DNA from: Clostridia bacterium
GTDB taxonomy: Bacteria; Bacillota; Clostridia; Oscillospirales; CAG-272
Assembly (NCBI GenBank): GCA_017505745.1
Contig: JAFVOP010000031.1
Span: forward strand, 50,712 to 114,711
Direction of reading: 5' to 3'
DNA: 64,000 bases
Shown here: positions 17,287-24,796 of the stretch, piece by piece
Numbering within the stretch: position 1 is the stretch's first letter
How the letters are laid out: each line of letters starts with the position of its first letter
Notes under the pieces: model-generated
What the model was told of the DNA's origin: nothing
The model's database searches: none
What the model saw: only the letters and a program-made list of their open reading frames with translations
Made by a program: the position numbers and the translations under genes

Positions 17287-18630
17287 ATGATATTTGAAGA
17301 AATGAAGCAAGCATTGGTGGCCGCCGCCGAGCGCGCGGGGCTTACCCAATACGAGATCTATTCCCAATTGGAAGAAAGCATCAGCGCCGAAACCCTCAAG
17401 GACGAGATCAGCTCCTTTGCTTCCAGTGTGAGCGGCGGCATCTGCTTCCGCTGCATCGTGGACGGCAAGATGGGCTACGCCTCGGGCGAGCGGATGACGG
17501 CGGACGCGATGGAAGAGCTGGTCAGCCGAGCCATCTCCAACGCGCAGTGCATTGATAACGATGACGAGGTGTTTATTTTTGCGGGCTCTCCCGCCTATGC
17601 CACGCTTCCCGAACGGGAGGTGCGCCTGACCGATGCCAAGACCGTGCGCGACACGGCGCTGGCCTTGCAAACGGCTACCTATGCCGAGAGCGACAAGGTG
17701 GGCGACGGAACCCAATCGGCCGTGATCTCCGCCGTGCAGGAGATCCATCTGTACAACTCGAACGGCCTGAGCCTTTCCAACCGCGTGGGCATGAGCGGCG
17801 CGTACGCGATGCCCGTGGTGCGTGACGGGGAGGAGGCCCAGGAGTCCTTTGAGTTTGCGCTCGGCGCCTCGGCAGAGGCCTTTTCCGAGCTCCCGAAGAA
17901 AAGCGTGCAGAAAGCGCTGGACAAGATGGGCGCAGGCTTGGTGGAATCGGGAAAATACGACGTGCTCTTTGACGGAAAACAGTTCCGGCAGTTTCTTTCC
18001 ACCTTCTCTCCCGTGTTCTCGGCCAAAAACGCGCAGCTGGGGCTGTCGCTGCTGGCAGGCAAGGAGGGCGAGAAGATCGCCGCTGATTGCGTGACGGTCA
18101 CCGACGATCCCATGCAACAGGATTCACCGATGCAGACCTCCTTTGACGGCGAGGGTGTTGCCACCGCGCGCAAGAGCGTGATCGAGAACGGCGTGCTGAA
18201 AACCCTGCTCTACGATCTCACCACCGCCAAAAAGGCCGGTGTGGAATCTACGGGCAACGGACAAAAACAAAGCTATGCCGCGCCCGTGTCGATCGCGCCG
18301 TACCATTTTGCCATTGAGGCGGGGGAGAGGACCGAGGAGGAGCTGCTTGCGGCGATCGGAAACGGACTCTATATCACCGAATGCAAGGGCTTTCATGCGG
18401 GGGCCAACGCTGTGACCGGAGATTTTTCGATTGAGAGCGCGGGCTTTGTGATCCGTGACGGAAAGCGCGCCGAGCCGGTGAAATCCTTTACGGTTGCGGG
18501 CAACTTCTTCGAGCTTTTAAAGGCGGTCGATCTGCTTGGAAATGAGATCAAATGGGGCGTTCCCGGCAGCTTTACGGTGTTCGGCTCACCCGACGTTGTG
18601 GTCCGCGGCATGAGCGTGGCCGGAAAATAA
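17287..18630 (+). CDS. pmbA: PmbA/TldE-family protein (TldD partner)
   Basis: Adjacent to tldD with a 1-nt gap. Sequence ...FDGEGVATARKSVIENGVLKTLLYD...GFHAGANAVTGDFS. Confidence 0.85.
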   Translation: MIFEEMKQALVAAAERAGLTQYEIYSQLEESISAETLKDEISSFASSVSGGICFRCIVDGKMGYASGERMTADAMEELVSRAISNAQCIDNDDEVFIFAGSPAYATLPEREVRLTDAKTVRDTALALQTATYAESDKVGDGTQSAVISAVQEIHLYNSNGLSLSNRVGMSGAYAMPVVRDGEEAQESFEFALGASAEAFSELPKKSVQKALDKMGAGLVESGKYDVLFDGKQFRQFLSTFSPVFSAKNAQLGLSLLAGKEGEKIAADCVTVTDDPMQQDSPMQTSFDGEGVATARKSVIENGVLKTLLYDLTTAKKAGVESTGNGQKQSYAAPVSIAPYHFAIEAGERTEEELLAAIGNGLYITECKGFHAGANAVTGDFSIESAGFVIRDGKRAEPVKSFTVAGNFFELLKAVDLLGNEIKWGVPGSFTVFGSPDVVVRGMSVAGK

Positions 18631-18646
18631 GGAAATAAAAAAAGGG

Positions 18647-18667
18647 ACTGCCGCGAAAAGCGGCAGT
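18647..18667 (-). terminator. Intrinsic terminator (minus-strand sense, downstream of HIT gene)
   Basis: 7-bp stem ACTGCCG/CGGCAGT. On the minus strand it is followed by CCCTTTTTTTATTTCC. Confidence 0.55.
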
Positions 18668-18792
18668 ACCGAGAGACGGTAGACCAAACAAATGACTTTC
18701 GTCAGCTTGATGAAAGTTTTGGTCAAGCTTTTTCAAAAGCTTGGATACGTCGGTTGATTGGCGGTATGGAATATTTGAATTGTATGTTTCAG

Positions 18793-19134
18793 TCAATCCA
18801 ATTTTTCCGAAAGCTTCTTTCCGCCAAGCAGATGGAAATGCAGGTGCTTGACCGATTGGCAGCCGTCCTCGCCGCAGTTGGTGATCACGCGGTAGCCGTT
18901 GGTCAATCCCTCGGCCTTGGCGATCTGTGGGATCACCTCAAAGATGCGGGCCACCGACGCGCTGTTTGCGGCCGTTACGCCGTCGGCGGACGGAAGATGT
19001 GTTTTGGGAACGATCAAGACGTGTACGGGTGCCATCGGTTGGATGTCACGGAAGGCGTAGACGAGGTCGTCCTCATAAACCTTGGAGGAGGGGATATCCC
19101 CTGCGATGATCTTGCAAAACAGGCAATCACACAT
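18793..19134 (-). CDS. HIT-family (histidine triad) nucleotide hydrolase
   Basis: MCDCLFCKIIAGDIPS...QSVKHLHFHLLGG (HxHxHxx motif). ATG 19134 with GAAAGGA SD. Confidence 0.9.
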   Translation of the reverse strand: MCDCLFCKIIAGDIPSSKVYEDDLVYAFRDIQPMAPVHVLIVPKTHLPSADGVTAANSASVARIFEVIPQIAKAEGLTNGYRVITNCGEDGCQSVKHLHFHLLGGKKLSEKLD

Positions 19135-19246
19135 AACGGTAGTTCCTTTCACGGTTCAAAATGGGGAGCGCGGACTCCTTTTTTTAAAATTATAGCATAT
19201 TCCAATTGGTTTGTCAAGAAAAAAGACGGAAGGAGAGGGCTTGAAC

Positions 19247-20347
19247 ATGGATCTTTGCATCGAGCGCGATCTTTGGGAACGGCTTGCCGCAACCGACAAG
19301 AAGATCGTGATGTACGGCATGGGAAACGGCGCGGACAAGATCCTGCGCGCATGCGACGAAAAGGGCGTGACGGTGTGCGATTTCTTTGCCAGCGACGGCT
19401 TTGTGCGCGGACACCTTTTTCACGGCAAGCGCGTGCGGACGTGGGGAGAGATCAAGGAAACGTACGGCGCGGAGAACGTGACCGTCCTTCTTTCCTTTGG
19501 AACTTCGCGTCCCGACGTGTTGGAAACGGTCGACCGCATTGCCGCCGAAGCGGAGCTGTACGCGCCCGACGTGCCCGCATTTGGCGACGGGCTCTTTGAC
19601 CGCGCGTTTTTTGAGACGCACAGGGCCGAGCTGGAGGAGACCGAAGCGCTCCTTGCCGATGAGGAATCGAAGCGGATCCTTGCCAACGTGGTGCAGTATA
19701 AGCTGACGGGCGACATTCGCTTTTTAAAGGATGCCGTCAGTGATCCGCAAACGGTTATGGAAACGCTGGTGTGCCCCGGGGAGATCGAAGCGGCCGCCGA
19801 TCTTGGCGCCTACAACGGAGATACCGTGCGCGAGCTGCTCGCCCATGCGGACGGACGTGTGCGGACGGTGTACGCCATGGAGCCCGACGCGCGCAATTTC
19901 CGCAAATTGCAGGCCTACGCGGAGGAAGAGCGCCGTGCCGAGGTGATCCCCGTGAACGCGGGGGCGTGGTCGGAGCCGACAACGCTCTGTTTCGACGCGA
20001 GCGGAAACCGCAACGCCTCGTTTGAGAGCAACCGTTCCGCAACGCTTGCCGACCGACCCGTGAAGCTGAAAACGATCCAAGCCGATACGCTGGACCGCGT
20101 GTTGGGCGGCCGTCGGGTGGATTATATCAAGTACGACGTGGAGGGCTCGGAGAGAGAGGCGCTTTTGGGATCGCGGGAAACGCTGCGGGCGTATCGCCCC
20201 ACGCTGCTGGTCTCGCTGTACCACCGCAACGAGGATCTTTTCGCGCTTCCGCGCATGATCCGTCGGGAATTTCCGCAATACAAACGGCTTTATCTGCGCC
20301 GTTTTGCAGGGATCCCCGCATGGGACCTGAATCTGTACTGCAAATAG
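19247..20347 (+). CDS. FkbM-family methyltransferase
   Basis: ATG 19247. AADLGAYNGDTVREL and VDYIKYDVEGSEREAL are FkbM-family SAM-methyltransferase motifs. Confidence 0.7.
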   Translation: MDLCIERDLWERLAATDKKIVMYGMGNGADKILRACDEKGVTVCDFFASDGFVRGHLFHGKRVRTWGEIKETYGAENVTVLLSFGTSRPDVLETVDRIAAEAELYAPDVPAFGDGLFDRAFFETHRAELEETEALLADEESKRILANVVQYKLTGDIRFLKDAVSDPQTVMETLVCPGEIEAAADLGAYNGDTVRELLAHADGRVRTVYAMEPDARNFRKLQAYAEEERRAEVIPVNAGAWSEPTTLCFDASGNRNASFESNRSATLADRPVKLKTIQADTLDRVLGGRRVDYIKYDVEGSEREALLGSRETLRAYRPTLLVSLYHRNEDLFALPRMIRREFPQYKRLYLRRFAGIPAWDLNLYCK

Positions 20348-20382
20348 AAAAAGAAATATTTCAATATTTTTTGAAAAAAGGC

Positions 20383-20411
20383 TTGACAAACCGCTTTTGC
20401 CATGGTATAAT
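20383..20411 (+). promoter_or_regulatory. Consensus sigma-A promoter for the tRNA pair
   Basis: TTGACA, a 17-nt spacer, then TATAAT, 42 nt upstream of tRNA-Thr. Confidence 0.65.
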
Positions 20412-20453
20412 ATCCACGTTGCGATAGCGACGGGTTCGCTTGCGAACGTATTC

Positions 20454-20528
20454 GCTGGTGTGGCTCAATGGCAGAGCAGCTGATTTGTAATCAGCAGGTT
20501 GATGGTTCGACTCCGTTCACCAGCTCCA
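20454..20528 (+). tRNA. tRNA-Thr (anticodon UGU), CCA encoded
   Basis: Manual cloverleaf. Acceptor GCTGGTG/CACCAGC, D arm GCTC-AATGGCA-GAGC, anticodon arm GCTGA-TTTGTAA-TCAGC, T loop TTCGACT, 3' TCCA. Confidence 0.8.
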
Positions 20529-20561
20529 ACCAAGTCCACACAAACAAGTGGACTTTTATAT

Positions 20562-20647
20562 GGGAGATTTCCCGAGTGGCCAAAGGGGGCAGACTGTAAA
20601 TCTGTTGCGTCTTCGCTTCGGTGGTCCGAATCCACCATCTCCCACCA
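20562..20647 (+). tRNA. tRNA-Tyr (anticodon GUA), long variable arm, CCA encoded
   Basis: Acceptor GGGAGAT/ATCTCCC, anticodon loop CTGTAAA, long variable arm TGCGTCTTCGCTTCGGT, T arm GGTCCGAATCCACC, 3' ACCA. Confidence 0.85.
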
Positions 20648-20653
20648 GAAAAA

Positions 20654-20691
20654 AGCACACATTTGTCTACCAAGACAATGTGTGCTTTTTT
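20654..20691 (+). terminator. Intrinsic terminator after the tRNA pair
   Basis: AGCACACATTTGTC-taccaa-GACAATGTGTGCT followed by TTTTT. Confidence 0.85.
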
Positions 20692-20700
20692 CAACGAAAT

Positions 20701-20870
20701 TCGCCTTTGGCGAGTGATATATGGCTTTGCCATGTGAAATAGCTTCGCTGTGAAATATTTGCTACGCAAATGTGATGGGCGAATTTCATTTCACATTGCG
20801 ACGAAGGAGCAATATTTCACAATTTACGAAGTAAATTATTTCACATTCGGCGCCAGCCGAATATTTCACT
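20701..20870. repeat. Dyad-symmetric array: 4x GTGA(A/T)AT on the + strand, then 4x ATTTCAC, interleaved with mini-hairpins
   Basis: Octamers start at 20714, 20734, 20750, 20772. Complements end at 20794, 20820, 20844, 20869. Hairpins include TCGCC-ttt-GGCGA, GGC-ttt-GCC, AGC-ttc-GCT, TGC-tac-GCA, ATTTA-cgaag-TAAAT, TCGG-cgccag-CCGA. Confidence 0.8.
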
Positions 20871-20978
20871 TGAAAAGCTATCTAAAGTATGATATAATAA
20901 TAGTAGAAAGGCGGTGTTACTATAACTGATTCAAAGCCCCGCGACCTATCCACAGACTTTGCGGTTAAAGTTATAAAA

Positions 20979-21278
20979 ATGTGCGACGGTATCAAAGGAC
21001 ATTATTCTCCTGTAAACCAATTAGAGCGCTCCTCTACATCTATTGGCGCCAATATTCACGAAGCAAATTATGCTCATAGCAAAGCCGACTTTATTGCAAA
21101 GTTTCAAATTGCACTGAAGGAATGTTACGAAACTGAATACTGGCTTGAATTATTCGTGAAATCCGAATTGTTGGGTAGAGAGATTGCAAAAGATTTGTAT
21201 AATCAATGTGGCACGATTCGTAGAATGCTGATCGCTTCTATCAACACCGCAAAGGAGAACAGTGATGTCAAAAAGTAG
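20979..21278 (+). CDS. Four-helix-bundle protein (family often annotated as 23S rRNA intervening-sequence protein), start uncertain
   Basis: ...QLERSSTSIGANIHEANYAHSKADFIAKFQIALKECYETEYWLELF. In-frame upstream codons (from 20907) still look homologous but carry no ATG/GTG/TTG, so the N-terminus may be truncated. Confidence 0.65.
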   Translation: MCDGIKGHYSPVNQLERSSTSIGANIHEANYAHSKADFIAKFQIALKECYETEYWLELFVKSELLGREIAKDLYNQCGTIRRMLIASINTAKENSDVKK

Positions 21279-21681
21279 AGAATATATGTCTCATCATCCT
21301 GAAAATCCACCCGAATGGTATTGGATAAACGGACTTCACGATGCGGGCATTGTAGGTGTTGAATCGTTTGAATTTCCGTTTGATTATAACAAATTTATCG
21401 GAGAAAAAAGCAAATACAATCGAAATCTCTTGGTGTTAAAAATAAACGCAAAAGGCGCACTTTACGACACCTCCGTGGAAGAAATCCGCCTTTACAACTA
21501 CAAGATTTTAACACCAGACATATCTCTCGAAGGCAGGAAAACAATTTGGTGGTTGGCAGATATGCTGAGTGAACAAGATGACTATTACATCTTGGAGATA
21601 GCTTTACAAGATTTTGATTCATTCCCCGAAGATTTCACCTTTAAGATCAAATTTGATCGAGCAGAAGTCAAAAGAAAATGA
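21265..21681 (+). CDS. Hypothetical protein (138 aa)
   Basis: ATG 21265 with AAGGAG SD 7 nt upstream. Overlaps the previous gene by 14 nt. No recognisable motif. Confidence 0.5.
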   Translation: MSKSREYMSHHPENPPEWYWINGLHDAGIVGVESFEFPFDYNKFIGEKSKYNRNLLVLKINAKGALYDTSVEEIRLYNYKILTPDISLEGRKTIWWLADMLSEQDDYYILEIALQDFDSFPEDFTFKIKFDRAEVKRK

Positions 21682-21746
21682 TATCGAGAATGGTAGACAC
21701 CTTTTGTTCGTTTTTACCTCGTTTAGACACCTTTTCACTCGTTTAA

Positions 21747-21791
21747 GGCAACAAAAAGACCTGACACGGTGTGTCGGGTCTTTTTGTTGCC
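21747..21791. terminator. Strong bidirectional terminator hairpin
   Basis: GGCAACAAAAAGACC ... GGTCTTTTTGTTGCC (15-bp perfect arms with an inner GACAC/GTGTC stem), between convergent genes. Confidence 0.8.
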
Positions 21792-21845
21792 GGGAGACGG
21801 TGCCGCGAGAAACAGCACGAGAATTGCGCGTACATTCTTTCCTGT

Positions 21846-23129
21846 TTAAAGAATATAATCCGAGATGCAATCGTACCAATGCACGTAGGTTTCGCCGTTC
21901 ACGGTCAGTCGCTCGTTGTCGGGGAGCAGCTCGGTCCACGGCTTTCCATAGCGGTGACGCGCCCAATCGTTGTGATTGAATCTGCGCCAAAGCACCGTTC
22001 TGCCGTTTTTGTCGAGATATTGCTCCGAGACTACGCCGTCGTTAAAGCACTGGATGTCCATGACGCAGACCGTGTCATAGACTTTCCCGCCAATGGTGAC
22101 GGTGTAACGCCCCACGATATCCACGGTTTCCTTGCTCGTATGTCCTTGCACCACCGATCCCTCGCGTCGGAGCAAGCCCTTCGGGGAGAGATTTACTTCG
22201 TTTCCGCAGTTGTCCTCTCCAAAGCCCCAGTTTTGAAGAAACTCGTCGCCGTCGAGAAAGGTGTATAGCTTGCGAATGCCGTTCTCTACGTGGCTTTCCG
22301 CAAGATAGCGGCAGTGCGTGTCGGTCAGCTGCGCCACAAAACGGCGTTCCATCCGATCCACCATGCCCGTGCGGTAATAGTCCTCCACTCCGTATTGGAT
22401 TGCTTCGATCTCCACGCCCTCTATGCCGTGGATCTGCGCTTTCCCAACCACCTTCAAATCGGTATACTCCGTGCGCTTTCTGGAGGGCGCTTCATACAGT
22501 CCCCAGCTCAGCCGCTCGCCCAAACGGGGGATCAATAGCCAGCCCTGCAGCTCCTCCCATTTCACGGAGAAGGGCGGGAGCGGGGAAGGCTCGATTTGAT
22601 ATGCGGGTATCTTTTCGGGTAATTTGCTCATTTGGATATCTCCTTTCAATGATGGCGGATACGGATAATGTTGTCTGAATTTTTCTTTTGCATAGTGTAG
22701 GCGGCTTTTCACGGTTCCCAGCGGAAGTGACAGCCGCGTTGCAATCGCTTCTTGCGACAGATTTTTGAAGAAGTATAGGTACAGGATCTGCTTTTCTTTG
22801 TTGCCAAGCAATTCCAAAGTATCGCGTACGACGCTTTGCTCGGAGACACCGAGCCTTCCTGTGCTCAGGGCGGATTCGGAGAGTGCATCCAAGGAAATCT
22901 GCATCCGTTTGGCTTTTTCGCGGAAATAATCGTTGCATTTGTTGCTTGCAATGCGCAGAAGCCACGCCTTAAAGGCGGACGGATTTTGCAGACTCTCAAA
23001 TTTTAATGCCGCCGTCAGACAGACCTCTTGAATGATATCGTCGGCATCGAATTTGTGGGATACTTTATATCGAACAAAGCGTTGCAGGACGGTAAAATGT
23101 TCTTTTAAAAGCTCTTCAAATTCATTCAC
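21846..23129 (-). CDS. ECF-type sigma-70 family factor fused to a ~260-aa C-terminal domain of unknown function
   Basis: Region 2 (DDIIQEVCLTAALKF...FKAWLLRIASNKCNDYFR) and region 4 (LYFFKNLSQEAIATRLSLPLGTVKSRLHYAKEKF) occupy aa 1-165. They are followed by a soluble extension with no TM segment. Confidence 0.75.
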   Translation of the reverse strand: MNEFEELLKEHFTVLQRFVRYKVSHKFDADDIIQEVCLTAALKFESLQNPSAFKAWLLRIASNKCNDYFREKAKRMQISLDALSESALSTGRLGVSEQSVVRDTLELLGNKEKQILYLYFFKNLSQEAIATRLSLPLGTVKSRLHYAKEKFRQHYPYPPSLKGDIQMSKLPEKIPAYQIEPSPLPPFSVKWEELQGWLLIPRLGERLSWGLYEAPSRKRTEYTDLKVVGKAQIHGIEGVEIEAIQYGVEDYYRTGMVDRMERRFVAQLTDTHCRYLAESHVENGIRKLYTFLDGDEFLQNWGFGEDNCGNEVNLSPKGLLRREGSVVQGHTSKETVDIVGRYTVTIGGKVYDTVCVMDIQCFNDGVVSEQYLDKNGRTVLWRRFNHNDWARHRYGKPWTELLPDNERLTVNGETYVHWYDCISDYIL

Positions 23130-23255
23130 ATCCTCACCTCCTTGTAAATTCGGTTGAAATCGATCTCACGGATATAGACGGATTTGATGGACAAAAGGTT
23201 CAAAAAATGAAAAAACTCATTGGAGCATCGCGGCGATACCGTTTCGAGCGAACAT

Positions 23256-23402
23256 CAGTTGCCGCTACGGCAATTTGAGCGTTGCTCAAATTGAGAAGCG
23301 AAGCGAAACGCGCACAAAAGCGAATGCTTTCGTTATACATAAATGCGTAAAAAAGTTCTTGGGAGGGGTGTGGGGAGACCTTCTTTCCAAGAAGGTCTCC
23401 CC
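23256..23402 (+). repeat. Copy B of the ~145-bp structured intergenic element
   Basis: Core CAGTTGCCGCTACGGCAATTTGAGCGTTGCTCAAATTGAGAAGCGAAGCGAAACGCGC. Terminal hairpin GGGGAGACCTTCTT/AAGAAGGTCTCCCC at 23372-23402. Confidence 0.85.
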
Positions 23403-23446
23403 ACAACAAATCCAAAATTCAAAACACTAACTGCTATGCCTCTTAT

Positions 23447-24796
23447 TTAAGGCGCGTTGTCGCAAAGGACGTCGCAGGAGGTTTTTCCGTAATACGCGAA
23501 GCATGCAAGAATCGCCTCGTCCAGGCGCTCTCCCGCAACGGCGAGCGGAACAGCAGGCGGACAGGCCACGTGAAGAGAGGCCAGGATCCGTTCGTTGGCT
23601 TGCTCGAGAGAAACCGTTTCCCGCTTGCAAAAGAGCGTGTCGCGGATCGGCAGAGCACAGGCGGGAAGGGTAGAGAGGCTTGGGGGTGTGGCATGGATCG
23701 GAGTTCTTCTCGGAATCGCGTCCAAAGCTGCTTCCAGGCGTTCCCACGCGTTGGCGGGAAGCGAGGGAGAGAGCATCAAAACCGTAAAATCGGGGTCGGA
23801 AAACTCACATACGATCCCTTGCTCGGAAAGACGCGCGGCAAACTCGTTGCCGGTGTATCCAAAGGCCTTGGGGGCGAGCGTGATTTTCAGCGGCTCGTTT
23901 CCGATCAAAGGGAAGCCGCGCGCACAAATCCTTTTTGCAAAGCTTTCCGCTGTTTGCACATAGGAAGCCAGTGTTTCGGAAAATCCGTTGGCAAGGTAGG
24001 CGTTTACGGCGTCGAGCGATTGCAGGATCAGATAGGACGGGCTGGTGGAGCCAAAAAGCGAGAGGGCACATTTGGCCTCTTCCGCCATCCATGCGGGCGC
24101 GGTGGCGCCCAGGTGCAGGTAGGCGGCTCCCGTCAGCGCGGGGAGCGTTTTGTGCGCCGAATCGCAGCACAGGTCGGCGCCAAGGTCGAGCGGATGCTCG
24201 GAGGGGGTCAAAAATTTGAGATACGCCCCGTGCGCGTTGTCCACCAGAAGCAGGACCCCGTAGCGGTGGCAAAGCGCGGCGACCGACGCCAGATCGGCGC
24301 GGTTGCCGAGGTAATCGGGCGAGGTGAGATAGACCGCCGTTACGTCGCCGCGTTGGAGCCGCTGCTCCAAATGCTCCATGTCGATGGAACAGGAAAGATA
24401 GGAGGTCTCCTTGGAAGGCGCGATCCATTCGGGCTGAAAATCCAGAAGCGCCGCCGCCGAGAGAAAGGTCTTGTGTACGTTGCGCGCGGCCAGAATATGA
24501 AAGGCTTTGCCCTGCCGTACGGCATCGGCCTTGGCCAGATAGAGCATGGCGCGGATGCAGTGGGAGGAGCCCTCGGTGCTATACAGGGTGGAGGCCGAGC
24601 CGAAGAGGCGGGTGGCGTTTTCCTCGCTTTCGCGAATGATGCCATTCGCCTCGTACAGGCTGTCCGCACCCTCGATCTCGGTGAGGTCATAAAGCTCCGT
24701 GCCGAGCAGGGGTGTGCCCTTGTGCCCCGGCATGTGCAGCCTCAGCGCGTTTTCCTCACTGTACCGACGGACAAACTCGCAGATCGGGGTGTTCAT
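23447..24796 (-). CDS. Orn/Lys/Arg decarboxylase-family PLP enzyme
   Basis: ATG 24796. Sequence ...LRLHMPGHKGTPLLG...EIEGADSLYEANGIIRESEENATRLFGS...CDSAHKTLPALTG (PLP-binding Lys). ATGA overlap with the scfB stop. Confidence 0.75.
   Translation of the reverse strand: MNTPICEFVRRYSEENALRLHMPGHKGTPLLGTELYDLTEIEGADSLYEANGIIRESEENATRLFGSASTLYSTEGSSHCIRAMLYLAKADAVRQGKAFHILAARNVHKTFLSAAALLDFQPEWIAPSKETSYLSCSIDMEHLEQRLQRGDVTAVYLTSPDYLGNRADLASVAALCHRYGVLLLVDNAHGAYLKFLTPSEHPLDLGADLCCDSAHKTLPALTGAAYLHLGATAPAWMAEEAKCALSLFGSTSPSYLILQSLDAVNAYLANGFSETLASYVQTAESFAKRICARGFPLIGNEPLKITLAPKAFGYTGNEFAARLSEQGIVCEFSDPDFTVLMLSPSLPANAWERLEAALDAIPRRTPIHATPPSLSTLPACALPIRDTLFCKRETVSLEQANERILASLHVACPPAVPLAVAGERLDEAILACFAYYGKTSCDVLCDNAP

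Noticed and set aside
15906-18630. TldD/PmbA as the leader protease of the nearby PqqD cassette or of SCIFF.
   Set aside because: The pair is a widespread housekeeping module with its own promoter. It is separated from both cassettes by unrelated genes on other strands, so there is no positional support.
18669-18792. Highly structured 3' region after the HIT gene (AAGCTTTT-tc-AAAAGCTT; nested GACCAAA...GACTTTC...GAAAGT...TTTGGTC) as a possible sRNA.
   Set aside because: No promoter is identifiable and it lies between a stop codon and the terminator at 18647-18667. Most simply it is a structured 3' UTR.
20529-20561. Hairpin AAGTCCAC-acaaaca-GTGGACTT between the two tRNAs as a terminator or regulatory site.
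   Set aside because: No T-tract follows. It is most likely a processing spacer structure within the tRNA co-transcript.
20701-20870. Considered whether the periodic arrays at 20.7 kb and 54.4 kb are small CRISPR arrays.
   Set aside because: Units are only 16-26 bp with no alternating unique spacers. Orientation flips mid-array, and no cas genes are in the window.
20979-21278. Four-helix-bundle gene as a marker of a 23S rRNA intervening sequence.
   Set aside because: No rRNA sequence is present anywhere in the window, so this family member is free-standing.
21694-21735. Two exact TAGACACCTTTT 12-mers 30 bp apart, upstream of the 21747 terminator.
   Set aside because: Only two copies with no dyad symmetry and no nearby regulator. 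Too little signal to call a binding site.
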